A stretch of 64,000 nucleotides of DNA from Candidatus Tectimicrobiota bacterium. GTDB taxonomy: Bacteria; JACPUC01. The stretch covers positions 62,001 through 126,000 of the forward strand of contig JACPUC010000017.1 of assembly GCA_016192455.1 (NCBI GenBank), written 5' to 3'. Shown here piece by piece: positions 8,821-18,451 of the stretch (position 1 is the first letter of the stretch; each line of letters starts with the position of its first letter). The notes under the pieces were generated by a model. It had not been told where the DNA came from. It saw nothing but the letters and a program-made list of their open reading frames with translations, and made no database searches. The translations under genes and the position numbers were made by a program.

Positions 8821-10527
8821 TCACAATGGCTGGAGGCGCCCTCCTGACATAAAGGTTCCTATCCGATTGCCACGTGTGATTGGAAGTAAGAGATGCGAAG
8901 GATTCTCCGCGTTGTGATAGACCGTGACCCGTGATGAAAACGGCCGGACGATATGTCCCGCACCAATGAGATGCAGGGCATTCGCCGGCGGCTCATCGTC
9001 AGCGCATTTGATTTTTACGCCGATGTGGTGACCGCACGTGAAGAGCATGCCATAGGGGCGAACTTCAATATTGAATTCATAGATTTGATGGGGTGCGAGA
9101 GGTTCTCGCTGCGTATGAATGTGGTAGGGCTGCCAAGGCTTGGAGCGCTCGGGGTCCAGCCGTCGTTGCGAGCCGCGCAACCAACCTCGGGTGAGCAAAG
9201 TCTCCTTGCCTTCTGCATCAATGTCCCAGAGACTAAGGAACCAGAGAACTTCCGTATCATCCGTCGAAGCATACAGGTTCACCACAATGGGACCGCAGAT
9301 TTCCGTATTTTCGCGCAGCGGCGGTGTTCTGAACATCAGGCCGCCGCGACTATAGGGAGAATCCTCGAAGGTGGAACTCCCTTCATTGGGCCAAAACTCG
9401 TGCTCGCTCAGCAGACCGCCGGCATGCAGGAAGAAGGGGGTCCACTTCGTCTCGGGCAAGGGCCATTGCCTGGCAGATTTCCATTCCCCCGTTCCTTCGA
9501 TGAACAGGTGGACCGGCGCCTCGTCCATGATTTCGGTATCGACACCCTTTAACCAGTAGTCAAACCAGCGCAGGGACTCATAGTGGTACTGGTAGAGCGG
9601 TCGGTCAAGGTAGACAGGTGGGCCGATGGTCAATTTCTTGGGACCCTGCCAGGTCTCCCAGCTCCGAACATCTCCCGGCAGGTGCAGTCCATAGATCCCC
9701 CAACAGCTTCCGAAATAGGCTGGAACCTTGGATTGAGAATTCACCTCGATCGACAGGTGTCGATAGAACTCATTGTCGAGCTGATTGAGGACGAAGTTAG
9801 CAATGAATGCATTGCGGCCGGCGTCGGGATTTCTCAGCACCTCGACAAGTTCCGGGACGGCGGCGATTTCCTTATCATTCAGGGCCTCTTCAACCTTGCG
9901 GGCGTACTCTTCAGCACCCCATCGTTCTCGGAGGGTGTTTTCAATACGCGGCTTGTCGAACTTACCGACCCAATGCCGCAGAAATCGATAACTCATGATG
10001 CCGCCATGGAAATGCCGATCACGATAGACATCGGTAGAGCCAAACGGTGCGAAGATCGCCTTCAACGACGGCGGATTGAACGTGGCGACCAGTTTCGCAA
10101 CCACGGAGAAAAACGAAGCACCGAACATGCCAACGCTCCCATTGCACCACGGTTGACGCGCCAGCCATTCGATCAGTTCGCACACATCATCAAGCGACTC
10201 CCGGTTGACGTAGCCGAAGGTCCCACCCGACCTGCCCGTTCCTCGGATATTCGCCAGCACCTGCACGTAGCCACGCCGGACGTAGAAGTTCACGTCCCCG
10301 GCCTCGATATGCCCCCGTACCCCACTCATGGCGGTGGGCATTAACGAGGCAACTTGGTCGGCGTTCGAGTACGCATGCACGCCAAGAATCACCGGAAACC
10401 TGCCTTCCCCGCGGGGACGAAAAATGTCGGCGTCGATGCTGATACCGTCGCGCATGGGGATGGCGACGTTGCGATCAGCAACGATGTCGTACTGTCGAGG
10501 TGACACTCGCCAGGTAAGCGAGAACAT
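8821..10527 (-). CDS. CocE/NonD (X-Pro dipeptidyl-peptidase S15) family hydrolase, lower GC than its flanks
   Basis: IPMRDGISIDADIFRP, RGTGRSGG, WLARQPWCNGSVGMFGAS, LRWFDYWLKG, C-terminal PepX-like jelly roll. GGAGGT RBS before ATG 10527. Confidence 0.88.
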   Translation of the reverse strand: MFSLTWRVSPRQYDIVADRNVAIPMRDGISIDADIFRPRGEGRFPVILGVHAYSNADQVASLMPTAMSGVRGHIEAGDVNFYVRRGYVQVLANIRGTGRSGGTFGYVNRESLDDVCELIEWLARQPWCNGSVGMFGASFFSVVAKLVATFNPPSLKAIFAPFGSTDVYRDRHFHGGIMSYRFLRHWVGKFDKPRIENTLRERWGAEEYARKVEEALNDKEIAAVPELVEVLRNPDAGRNAFIANFVLNQLDNEFYRHLSIEVNSQSKVPAYFGSCWGIYGLHLPGDVRSWETWQGPKKLTIGPPVYLDRPLYQYHYESLRWFDYWLKGVDTEIMDEAPVHLFIEGTGEWKSARQWPLPETKWTPFFLHAGGLLSEHEFWPNEGSSTFEDSPYSRGGLMFRTPPLRENTEICGPIVVNLYASTDDTEVLWFLSLWDIDAEGKETLLTRGWLRGSQRRLDPERSKPWQPYHIHTQREPLAPHQIYEFNIEVRPYGMLFTCGHHIGVKIKCADDEPPANALHLIGAGHIVRPFSSRVTVYHNAENPSHLLLPITRGNRIGTFMSGGRLQPL

Positions 10528-10997
10528 TCCACCTCCCCATTTCTGTGAAGACGAGCCTTCCGGTCGAGACCAGCACGGCAGGCTTTGGGTTCGCTCGAGC
10601 GGCAACGGCGACTCTACCCCGAACCGCGGCGCCCCAGCAACACCGGCGGGGAGCAGCGCGGCGCGCGGGGGGGAGCGGCGGTTCGCCGGCCCTCTCCTGC
10701 TCAAGCGCGCCGAGGAACGTGGTGCGACTGCGCGTCGCCCTTAGGGATCGCGGGGCGGTGAAGGATCGGACCGTGGTCCCACCAGGTGCTTCGGGAGGCC
10801 GAACGGCGCGCCGCACCGCACCGGCCGCCAGGCAAGCGACAGAGGTCCGGCGGGCGGAGACGCCGCGGCTCTTCCCCAACTTGAACGAATGGCGCCGCCG
10901 CCGTCTCCACACCCCGCGGCTCACGACGCAGAAGGGCGAGCAGGCCTACCTCCGGCCGCGTCACGACTGCGGCATCTCGCGACCAAGGCCGGCAGGA

Positions 10998-12101
10998 CTA
11001 CCCGCCACGAGCCTCGGCGACGCACCCCTCGGCCGAGCGTTCCGGCGGCAGCTCGCCAAGGTTGGTATAGCCGGCCGTATACATGCGCTCGGTCGTGAAG
11101 GCGCGGCCCAGACGGCCCTGCCGGTCCACACAGATGACCCCGCACTGGCCGCGTGCCTGCCTCGCCGCCTGCAGCGCGAGCGGCGCGGCGTTGGGCGCGG
11201 GGACGTGCTGCTGTTGGAGCTCGACGACGCGCAGCGCCAGCATGAGACGCATGATCGCCTCGCCGTGCCCCGTCGCCGAGGCGCCGCCGGCGGGGCTCGC
11301 ATAGGTGCCTGCCCCGATGATGGCGCTGTCGCCCACGCGCCCAGGCAGCTTCAGCATGGTGCCGCCGGTGGAGGTGCCCGCCGAGATGCACCCCTGCTGA
11401 TCGAGCGCCACCACACCCACGGTCCCTGCCTCGCCGCCAGCGGGCTGCCGCGGCGAGGTCTCGCTGCCGCCGCTCGGGCTGCCACCTGCGGCCGCGCCGA
11501 CCTGGCTCATCGCCGCCTCCGCCCGGGCTGGAGGGCAGCTCGACTCCTGCGCGGGCCCGGGTTCCAGGAGGTAACGGCGATGGAAAGCCCGCAGGCGCCG
11601 CCAGTGCTCCTCGTCGGGCGCGCCTTCAGCGGGTTCTCCCTCCAGGATCGTCTGGCGACGGCGTTCCCACGCCCGCCGGCGCTCCTCGGTTTCCAGGACT
11701 TGCGGCCCGAAGCCGACGGCCCGCGCGAAGAGCTCCGCGCCACGCCCACAGAGGAGCAGGTGGTCGGTCTCCTCCATGACGCGGCGCGCCACGCTGATCG
11801 GGTGGCGCACCCCCTGCAACGCGCCGACGGCGCCGGCATCGCCGCTGCTCACCATGATCGAGGCATCGGTCTCCACCTCGCCAAACCAGTTCAACACCGA
11901 CCCCACCCCGCAGTTGAAGACCGGGTTCTCCTCCATGAGCCGAACCGCGAGCTCGACGGCCTCGAGCGCCGATCTCCCGTGCCGCAGATGCTCCCACGCC
12001 AGGGCCGCGGCGGCGCGCACCCCTTGGCGCTGCGCCTCCTCCTGGGTGGGATCGCGCCGCCCGGCGCCGCCATGGACAATGACCGCTGGTGCGTAGTTCA
12101 T
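10998..12101 (-). CDS. iaaA: Isoaspartyl peptidase / L-asparaginase (Ntn hydrolase)
   Basis: VIVHGGAG, FNCGVGSVLN, GTVGVVALD (catalytic Thr), GTSTGG, GRVGDSAIIGAGTYA, SATGHGE. Confidence 0.9.
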   Translation of the reverse strand: MNYAPAVIVHGGAGRRDPTQEEAQRQGVRAAAALAWEHLRHGRSALEAVELAVRLMEENPVFNCGVGSVLNWFGEVETDASIMVSSGDAGAVGALQGVRHPISVARRVMEETDHLLLCGRGAELFARAVGFGPQVLETEERRRAWERRRQTILEGEPAEGAPDEEHWRRLRAFHRRYLLEPGPAQESSCPPARAEAAMSQVGAAAGGSPSGGSETSPRQPAGGEAGTVGVVALDQQGCISAGTSTGGTMLKLPGRVGDSAIIGAGTYASPAGGASATGHGEAIMRLMLALRVVELQQQHVPAPNAAPLALQAARQARGQCGVICVDRQGRLGRAFTTERMYTAGYTNLGELPPERSAEGCVAEARGG

Positions 12102-12131
12102 GCCGCGCGCCCTTCCTTCCTCAGCGTGAGC

Positions 12132-12743
12132 TTACGGTTGCGCTGCGACCGCTGCGGGGAGAGCATTGACGCGCACCACCCTCACGCCATCCTCCCCCCA
12201 GGAGAAGGTGCTGATCGTACCATTATCAATGATGAGACGCGGCAGGAACTTCAGGGTGATGCCGAGGTAGTGGCAGAGGAGGCACTTGATGACCTCCGCA
12301 TGGGAGACCACCGCGAGGCGCTGCTCAGGGTGGGCGGCGCGCAGCCGTTCGAGCGCTGCGACGGCCCTCTCCTGCACCTGCGCAATGGTGCCGCCCCCCG
12401 GCAGCGTGATGGAGGTTGGGTCTGCCCGCCAGTCCTGGTACAGCCGCAGGAGCCGCAGCTCGTCCCAGCTCTTCCCCTCCCACTCCCCAAAGGGGAGCTC
12501 GGTAAAGCCGGGCACCGGAACAGGCGCCAGCCCATGCGGCGCGGCAAGAATCTCCGCGGTTTCCATGGCGCGGCGCAGAGGGCTGCTGTAGACCGCGGCG
12601 AGGGGGCGGCGGGCAAGGGCCTCCGCCAGTGCCCGCGCCTGCTGCACGCCGGTGTCGCTCAAGGCAATGGGCAGGCTTCCCATGACCCGCCGCTGCCGGT
12701 TCCACTCCGTTTCGCCATGTCGCAGCAGGTAGATTCGGCCCAT
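12132..12743 (-). CDS. Histidine phosphatase (phosphoglycerate mutase/CobC-like) family protein
   Basis: LLRHGETEWN, YSSPLRRAMETA, FGEWEG, VVSH. Confidence 0.9.
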   Translation of the reverse strand: MGRIYLLRHGETEWNRQRRVMGSLPIALSDTGVQQARALAEALARRPLAAVYSSPLRRAMETAEILAAPHGLAPVPVPGFTELPFGEWEGKSWDELRLLRLYQDWRADPTSITLPGGGTIAQVQERAVAALERLRAAHPEQRLAVVSHAEVIKCLLCHYLGITLKFLPRLIIDNGTISTFSWGEDGVRVVRVNALPAAVAAQP

Positions 12744-13046
12744 GACCTTGCCTCGGAAGCCTCAGGGGGCGGCGCGGCGCCCATGCGCAGCGCCAGCCGG
12801 CGGCAGCGCGCCTCCCACCAGCCAATCTGCCACCTTTGCCGCAGCAGGCGCAAGAGCGCCGTGCCCCGCGCAGTTGCGCGGCGCTCGCGGCAGCGCGCCA
12901 GGCGCCGCGATGCGCAGGCATGTGGGAGGCCGCCGCCGCGCCTGCGCCACGGTCCTGCCTGGGGGATAGGTACGCCGGCGCCGCCATGCCCGTGACGCCT
13001 ACGCCCCATGCCGCCGGCGCGCGGCGCGCCTCTTACCTTGCCACCC

Positions 13047-13075
13047 TTTACGCCCGCCGCCACGGTGATTATATT
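13047..13075 (+). promoter_or_regulatory. Candidate sigma70 promoter for the LON-N/NUDIX genes
   Basis: TTTACG-17 nt-TATATT. Confidence 0.5.
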
Positions 13076-13173
13076 GGTTTTGCGCTGAAGAACTCGCAGA
13101 AGGGGTGGAGCTGCTCGCTTGCCGCGATCATTGCCTGGGACCCTCCAGCCGAGAAGAAGCGGGAACGGTTCGC

Positions 13174-13833
13174 ATGGATCAGCCACGAAGCCCCGATGAC
13201 GACTTCGAGATCAACGATGAGTCGCAGCCCCCCACGGAGCTGGCGATGTTTCCGCTGCCGAACGTCGTCCTCTTCCCGAACATGCTCCTGCCGCTGCACA
13301 TCTTCGAGCAGCGCTACCGTCTCATGCTCAACGACTGCTTGGTGGGGAATCGGTTGCTCGGCATGGTGCTGATGAAGAAGGGCTGGGAGGAGGCGAGCGG
13401 CGATCCGGAACCCTACGACGTGGGCTGCATGGGGCGGGTTGCGAAGGTGGTGAAGCTCGTCAACGGCAACATGAACATCCTGCTCAACGGTCTGCTGCGC
13501 GTGCGGGTGAACGGTTACGTGCGGCTGAAGCCGTACCGCATCGCTTCGATCACGCCGCTCTACGACGACGCCGTCGACGATCCCGAGGCCGATGCCCTTG
13601 CCCAGGAGTGCAAGGCGAACTTCCTGCGCCTCGTGTCGATGCGCCACAGCGAGGCGCGGGAGTTCCAGCAGCTCAAGCTCCTCGACAGCCCCCTCGACAT
13701 CGCCAACTTCCTGGGCGCCCACGTGCAAGCCGACTACCACGTGAAGCAGATGATCCTGGAGTGCGACAGCGGACGCGAGCGGCTGCAGACGATCGCCCAC
13801 ATCCTGAAAAGTTACCTCGGCATGCTGAACTGA
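13174..13833 (+). CDS. Stand-alone Lon protease N-terminal substrate-binding domain protein
   Basis: MFPLPNVVLFPNMLLPLHIFEQRYRLMLNDCL...VGCMGRV. No AAA+ or protease domain. Confidence 0.85.
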   Translation: MDQPRSPDDDFEINDESQPPTELAMFPLPNVVLFPNMLLPLHIFEQRYRLMLNDCLVGNRLLGMVLMKKGWEEASGDPEPYDVGCMGRVAKVVKLVNGNMNILLNGLLRVRVNGYVRLKPYRIASITPLYDDAVDDPEADALAQECKANFLRLVSMRHSEAREFQQLKLLDSPLDIANFLGAHVQADYHVKQMILECDSGRERLQTIAHILKSYLGMLN

Positions 13834-13961
13834 GGGAGCGCCGCGGCAGTCCCCGGCGGACTCCTCCTCGCTGATGGCGGCATCGAGAACGGCGGTTCCA
13901 CTGGAATGAAGCTCCCCCTGGTCTCGCCCGCGCGTGCCGCGCCCACACGACGGCAGCACCC

Positions 13962-14561
13962 ATGAGCACCTCACACCACCATCGGCACTTCGCGGACTCC
14001 CCGTCGAAGAGCGGGAAGGTTGCGGACCACCAGCACAGCGTTGGCCTGCGCTTCACCTATTGTCCCCTCTGCGCCGCACCCCTGGAGCCGCACCGGCACG
14101 AGGGGGAGCGCCCGCCGCGGCCCCGCTGCGCACGCTGCGGCTACGTGCACTACCTCGACCCCAAGGTGGCGGCCTGCACCATCCCGGCGGTTGACGGGAA
14201 GGTGGTCCTGCTGCGGCGGGCGATCAACCCCGAGAAGGGGAAGTGGGTGTTTCCCGGCGGCTTCGTTGATCGTGGCGAGAAGGTGGAGCACGCTGCGGTG
14301 CGGGAGACGCGGGAGGAGCTGGGCATCGAAGTGGAGATCGAGCGCCTGTTGAACGTGTACTCCTACGAGAACTTCGACGTCATCATCATCGTCTACCTCG
14401 CCCGCATGCTGCGTGGGGAGCTGCGACCTGGAGCGGAAGCGGCGGAGGCGCGCCTCTTCAGCCCGGAGGAGATTCCCTGGGACGCCCTGGCCTTCCGCAG
14501 CACCCGGGAGGCGCTTGAAGAGTGGGTGGCCCTGCGGAGCGCCGGCGATGCGCGGGGCTGA
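13962..14561 (+). CDS. NUDIX hydrolase with an N-terminal zinc ribbon
   Basis: YCPLC...CARCG zinc ribbon. Nudix box GGFVDRGEKVEHAAVRETREELG. Confidence 0.9.
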   Translation: MSTSHHHRHFADSPSKSGKVADHQHSVGLRFTYCPLCAAPLEPHRHEGERPPRPRCARCGYVHYLDPKVAACTIPAVDGKVVLLRRAINPEKGKWVFPGGFVDRGEKVEHAAVRETREELGIEVEIERLLNVYSYENFDVIIIVYLARMLRGELRPGAEAAEARLFSPEEIPWDALAFRSTREALEEWVALRSAGDARG

Positions 14562-14605
14562 GCCGCCTGCCGCGGCGCGCAGCCGCCGATGATGTGATCA
14601 ACCAA

Positions 14606-14779
14606 GACAACGCGTCATTTCAACGTTCGGCGAAGGAAGAGGAGGTCAATCTCTCCGACGAGGAGAACGAGGCGCGCGCCGCGCGGCGGATCGGCTGCTT
14701 CCGCAACGAGGCCAACCCGCACAAGCGCCTCCACTCCTCCCTGGGCTACCTCGCCCCCGCTGAGTTCGAGGCCCGGTGG
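14606..14779 (+). mobile_element. IS3-family transposase C-terminal remnant
   Basis: Translation DNASFQRSAKEEEVNL...EARAARRIGCF...HKRLHSSLGYLAPAEFEARW matches the degenerate IS3 integrase tail (DNA..ESF...K.E; R.HSSLGY.SP.EFE). Confidence 0.75.
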
Positions 14780-14891
14780 AGGATCACCCACACCCCGACG
14801 GGCCCGGACGAGGAGCCTGCCCAGAATGAGCTGATCTGGGTATCGAAGAAATCGGCGTCCGTACGGCTGTCTACATTTCGGGGGAATTTTC

Positions 14892-16325
14892 TTACCGTCG
14901 CAACTCAGCAATTCCAAGCTCTTCCCACATCCAGCTAAAGTCATAGGGCTGTTGCTTACTACCCTTCGTCCTGCGAGCCTCGTGGTTTTCGAGATTCTTC
15001 AGCCAAACGACTACCTTCTTTTTCCCTGCCGCGCTGCGGACAAGCTGACGGGGTGTCTTCTTGTCAAGGGCCGGAACTTTTTCCTCTAACAGATTTCGGT
15101 AGTGATCGTCCAGGAATTCTTTCAAAATAGGAGCCACAATTTCACGATCTATTTCCTCAGCCTCTGGAAATTCGTCATCGTCGTTGTCTTGCGCATCCCA
15201 TTCTTCGAGAGCTTGCTCTACCGATTGCACAGATGTTAATGGAGTTCCAACAAATCCTGCAAGCAGTTTCAACAACAATGCCTTGCCTCGCTCCGCCCGC
15301 TCCTTGGAATCAACGCTCAGAATGACGTGCTTCTCATGCAAGTCTACAGAGCCAAGCAAGGTGCGGTTATCGTCACGGAACGTCAAGAAAGATAATCCTC
15401 CTCGAGCCTTGCTTCGTGGAGGTTTTCCGCCATCACCTTCTGCCAGCCACGTCCAGCTCCTTTCATCAGATTCACGCTCCAACTCCGGCGCGGCATCAAG
15501 CAGGTGCTCCACCTCCGAAAGCGCAATCTCCAAAAGAGGAAACGTCACCACCGAAAGGACAATCTTCTCGCCGTCAAAATTGGTAAGCTCAGGCAGAGGC
15601 CGCTGAAGACTGTCAAGGCAATACATCAACCACACCCTACTAAAGCCTGTCGCGAAGCCAGCGAGAACTACCGTTGATACCTCCTGCCGTTGATCCTCCT
15701 CCAGAGCACGGCGCCGAGCAAGTTTTTTGTGCGTCTGCTGCATCTGCTTATCAGTGTCCCTAAATATCCGCAGGAGAGATTCCGCGGCCTCAGAGGGAAG
15801 CAGGAACGTAGCTCCCGTAAGATAATTCCGGCCCATCAGAGTGACAACACGAGCTGCCAGCTTATCCCATTGAACCATGGCTTGAGAGCCGAGGCGCTCT
15901 TCCGCGCGTACTACTTCCCCGCCACGGATAAGATCACGCAAAACCACATAGCTGCCCGGCTCAACCTGAACTACTTCATACAGACTTACGAACGAGTTGC
16001 GCAATGCCTGCAAATACTGCCTTGCCACAACGGGTTCTAATCTGCCGCGCTTCTTCAGGTAGTCATCAATAACATTGCGATTATCGGGAGGGAAACAACG
16101 GGAGACAAGGTCTTCCAATGCAAAGTCGAGTAGTAAGATATTGGCCTGTTCACCAAGCTTTCGAGCCAGCTCGTCAGGAGTTATCTCAAAATCAGCGCAC
16201 ACAGGAGCTACATGCTCTTCAAATACCAGTTCTTTTTCTGCTCTCCATTCTTCACGGTTCGCCCACCTCATGATATTGATGATGGCTTTATTTATTGCTG
16301 ACTTTGAGCTTTTTTTCTTTGTCAT
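14892..16325 (-). CDS. Hypothetical protein (about 477 aa), low GC; the C-terminus resembles an Xre/MbcA/ParS-type antitoxin domain
   Basis: Long ORF with AT-rich codon usage. C-terminal PALDKKTPRQLV...VVWLKNLE...PYDFSWMWEELG. The domain resemblance is by eye only. Confidence 0.7.
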   Translation of the reverse strand: MTKKKSSKSAINKAIINIMRWANREEWRAEKELVFEEHVAPVCADFEITPDELARKLGEQANILLLDFALEDLVSRCFPPDNRNVIDDYLKKRGRLEPVVARQYLQALRNSFVSLYEVVQVEPGSYVVLRDLIRGGEVVRAEERLGSQAMVQWDKLAARVVTLMGRNYLTGATFLLPSEAAESLLRIFRDTDKQMQQTHKKLARRRALEEDQRQEVSTVVLAGFATGFSRVWLMYCLDSLQRPLPELTNFDGEKIVLSVVTFPLLEIALSEVEHLLDAAPELERESDERSWTWLAEGDGGKPPRSKARGGLSFLTFRDDNRTLLGSVDLHEKHVILSVDSKERAERGKALLLKLLAGFVGTPLTSVQSVEQALEEWDAQDNDDDEFPEAEEIDREIVAPILKEFLDDHYRNLLEEKVPALDKKTPRQLVRSAAGKKKVVVWLKNLENHEARRTKGSKQQPYDFSWMWEELGIAELRR

Positions 16326-16612
16326 TTCTGCGCACCCAGACATTGGATTGAATTTTAATGTAGATGTTCCTTTGAGCTTCGTGGATTGCCAGGCCTTTCT
16401 CGCTGATGCCCTCTGAAGTCCACTGCAGCATTCAGCGTCATGCTGCCACCCGAGGCGAGACAAGGCAAGCCCATTCTGTCATGCCTTAAGAGAAGGCGCG
16501 CGGCATCAAAATGGTCATCGTCAAGCGCATGAGGCAGCTTGATGCGTCGAGTACTTCGTTGCTTAATTCATCTACGCTTGGTGACGCTGACGTGGCGGAC
16601 GACGGCGTTGCG

Positions 16613-16771
16613 CCACTCGTAGGGAGCCGCCTCGGGACTGGAGACGGCGAGGAACGTTTCGATGACGGCGCGCCGCTCAGCCGCCGAGGTGAAGCCGGCG
16701 CCGCGTGGGGCGCGACGCGTCAGGATGTTGAACCAGCACTCGATCTGGTTCAGCCAGTTGGCCTGGGTCGG
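16613..16771 (-). mobile_element. IS630-family transposase C-terminal remnant
   Basis: PTQANWLNQIECWFNILTRRAPRGAGFTSAAE...IETFL...AAPYEW matches the IS630 SWLNQIE.WF..L.R...F.S...PF.W tail. Confidence 0.75.
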
Positions 16772-16853
16772 CACGGCGATCGCCCCGCCGCGCAGCCCTG
16801 CCCCTTCTGCCGCACCCTGCCAGTCACTTCCTCCCTGCCACCAGCCCCTCTCC

Positions 16854-17561
16854 TCACCCGCCAAGGTAGGCGGCCTTCACCTTTGGGTCTTCGACCAGGC
16901 GCGCGGCCTCGTCGGCAAGGGTGATGACGCCGTTCTCCAGCACGTAGCCGCGGTGCGCCAGGCGCAGGGCCATGAAGGCGTTCTGCTCGACGAGCAGGAT
17001 CGTCACCCCCTGGCGGTTGATCTCGCCGATGGTGGCGAAGAGCTGCTGCACCAGCATCGGCGCCAGGCCGAGCGAGGGCTCGTCCAGCAGCAGGAGCTTC
17101 GGACGGGCCATGAGGGAGCGGCCGATGGCGAGCATCTGTTGCTCGCCGCCGCTGAGCGACCAGGCCAACTGCCGGCGGCGCTCCCGCAGCGCCGGGAAGA
17201 GATGATAGACCTTCTCCAGCTCCGCCTGGTAAGGCTCGCCGCGACGCCGCCAGGAGGCGGTGGCCACCTCCAGGTTCTCCTCCACGGTCAGGCCGGGGAA
17301 GACGCGCCGCCCTTCCGGGGCCTGGGCGATGCCGCGCCGCACGATCTCATCCGCCGGGCAGCGCTGAATCTCTTCTCCCAGGTAGGCGATGCTTCCCCGC
17401 CGCGCTCGGAGCAGGCCGGAGACGGTTTTCAGGATGGTGGACTTGCCCGCCCCGTTGGCGCCGATGAGGGTGACGATCTCCCCCTCCCGCACCTCGAAGG
17501 AGACCCCTTTCAGGGCCTCGATGTGGCCGTAGAACACATGCAGCGCTTCACACTGCAACAT
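16854..17561 (-). CDS. livF: Branched-chain amino acid (HAAT) ABC transporter ATPase
   Basis: GANGAGKST, PEGRRVF, LSGGEQQMLAIGR, LLLDEPSLGLAP, VEQN. Confidence 0.92.
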   Translation of the reverse strand: MLQCEALHVFYGHIEALKGVSFEVREGEIVTLIGANGAGKSTILKTVSGLLRARRGSIAYLGEEIQRCPADEIVRRGIAQAPEGRRVFPGLTVEENLEVATASWRRRGEPYQAELEKVYHLFPALRERRRQLAWSLSGGEQQMLAIGRSLMARPKLLLLDEPSLGLAPMLVQQLFATIGEINRQGVTILLVEQNAFMALRLAHRGYVLENGVITLADEAARLVEDPKVKAAYLGG

Positions 17562-18327
17562 CGGCGCTTCCTAGGTAGGCTTCGATGACCTCGGGCGAGT
17601 TCTGGACCTCCGCCGGGGTGCCGTCGGCGATCTTCTTGCCGAAATCGAGCACCATGACGCGGTCGGCGAGGGACATCACGAAGCGCATGTTGTGCTCGAT
17701 GAGGAGGATGCTGATCTGCCGCTGGCGGATGACCCTGATGCGCTCCTGGAGCTGGTCGGCCTCTTCCGGGTTGAGACCCGCCGCCGGCTCATCGAGCATG
17801 AGGATCTTCGGTTCCGTCGCCAGGGCGCGCGCCAGCTCGAGCAGGCGCTGCTGGCCATACGGCAGGCTGTCGGCGCGCAGCAACTCCTTCCCCGCCAGCC
17901 CCACCAGGTGCAGGGCCTCCCTCGCCTTGGCGCGCGCCTGCCGTTCCTCGCGGCGGGCCGCCGGCGTTCTGAAGATGGAGGGAAAGAACCCGACGGTGCC
18001 GCGACAGTAGTGTCCCACCAGCACGTTGTTCAGCACCGTCTGAGTGGCGAAGAGGCGGATGTTCTGGAAGGTGCGTGAAATGCCAAGCCTGGCGATGAGG
18101 TACGGTCGCAGGCCGATGAGGGTGCGCCCGCCCAGCGTGATCGCGCCGCTCGTTGGGGTGTAGATGCCGCTGATCATGTTCAGGAAGGTGGTCTTGCCGG
18201 CGCCATTCGGCCCGATGATGGCCAGGATGGTGCCAGGGGCCAGCGCCATGTCCACCTGGTCGAGGGCGACCAGCCCGCCAAAGCGCATCGTCAGTTGCTT
18301 CGCCTCCAGCATCGCCTCGCTGCTCAC
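17548..18327 (-). CDS. livG: HAAT ABC transporter ATPase
   Basis: GPNGAGKTT, RTFQNIRLF, LPYGQQRLLE, LDEPAAGLN, IEHNM. Confidence 0.92.
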   Translation of the reverse strand: MSSEAMLEAKQLTMRFGGLVALDQVDMALAPGTILAIIGPNGAGKTTFLNMISGIYTPTSGAITLGGRTLIGLRPYLIARLGISRTFQNIRLFATQTVLNNVLVGHYCRGTVGFFPSIFRTPAARREERQARAKAREALHLVGLAGKELLRADSLPYGQQRLLELARALATEPKILMLDEPAAGLNPEEADQLQERIRVIRQRQISILLIEHNMRFVMSLADRVMVLDFGKKIADGTPAEVQNSPEVIEAYLGSADVAV

Positions 18328-18451
18328 GATCGGCTTCCCGTCCTTGCGCCCCGTTGATCGCCGCGTCGTCCTGCGGGGTGGCGGCCGCCCTGGCCGCTTC
18401 GCGGCGGTGCGGCGCGCGCTTCCCTTCTGCCGTGCGCCGGCGGTCCCTGCC

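Noticed and set aside
10545..12995. 816-aa plus-strand ORF, and similar long ORFs such as 21803-23641 (+), 24423-26669 (-), 31870-33618 (-) and 41324-43078 (-)
   Set aside because: These are antisense shadows of well-supported genes in high-GC DNA, with no recognisable motifs.
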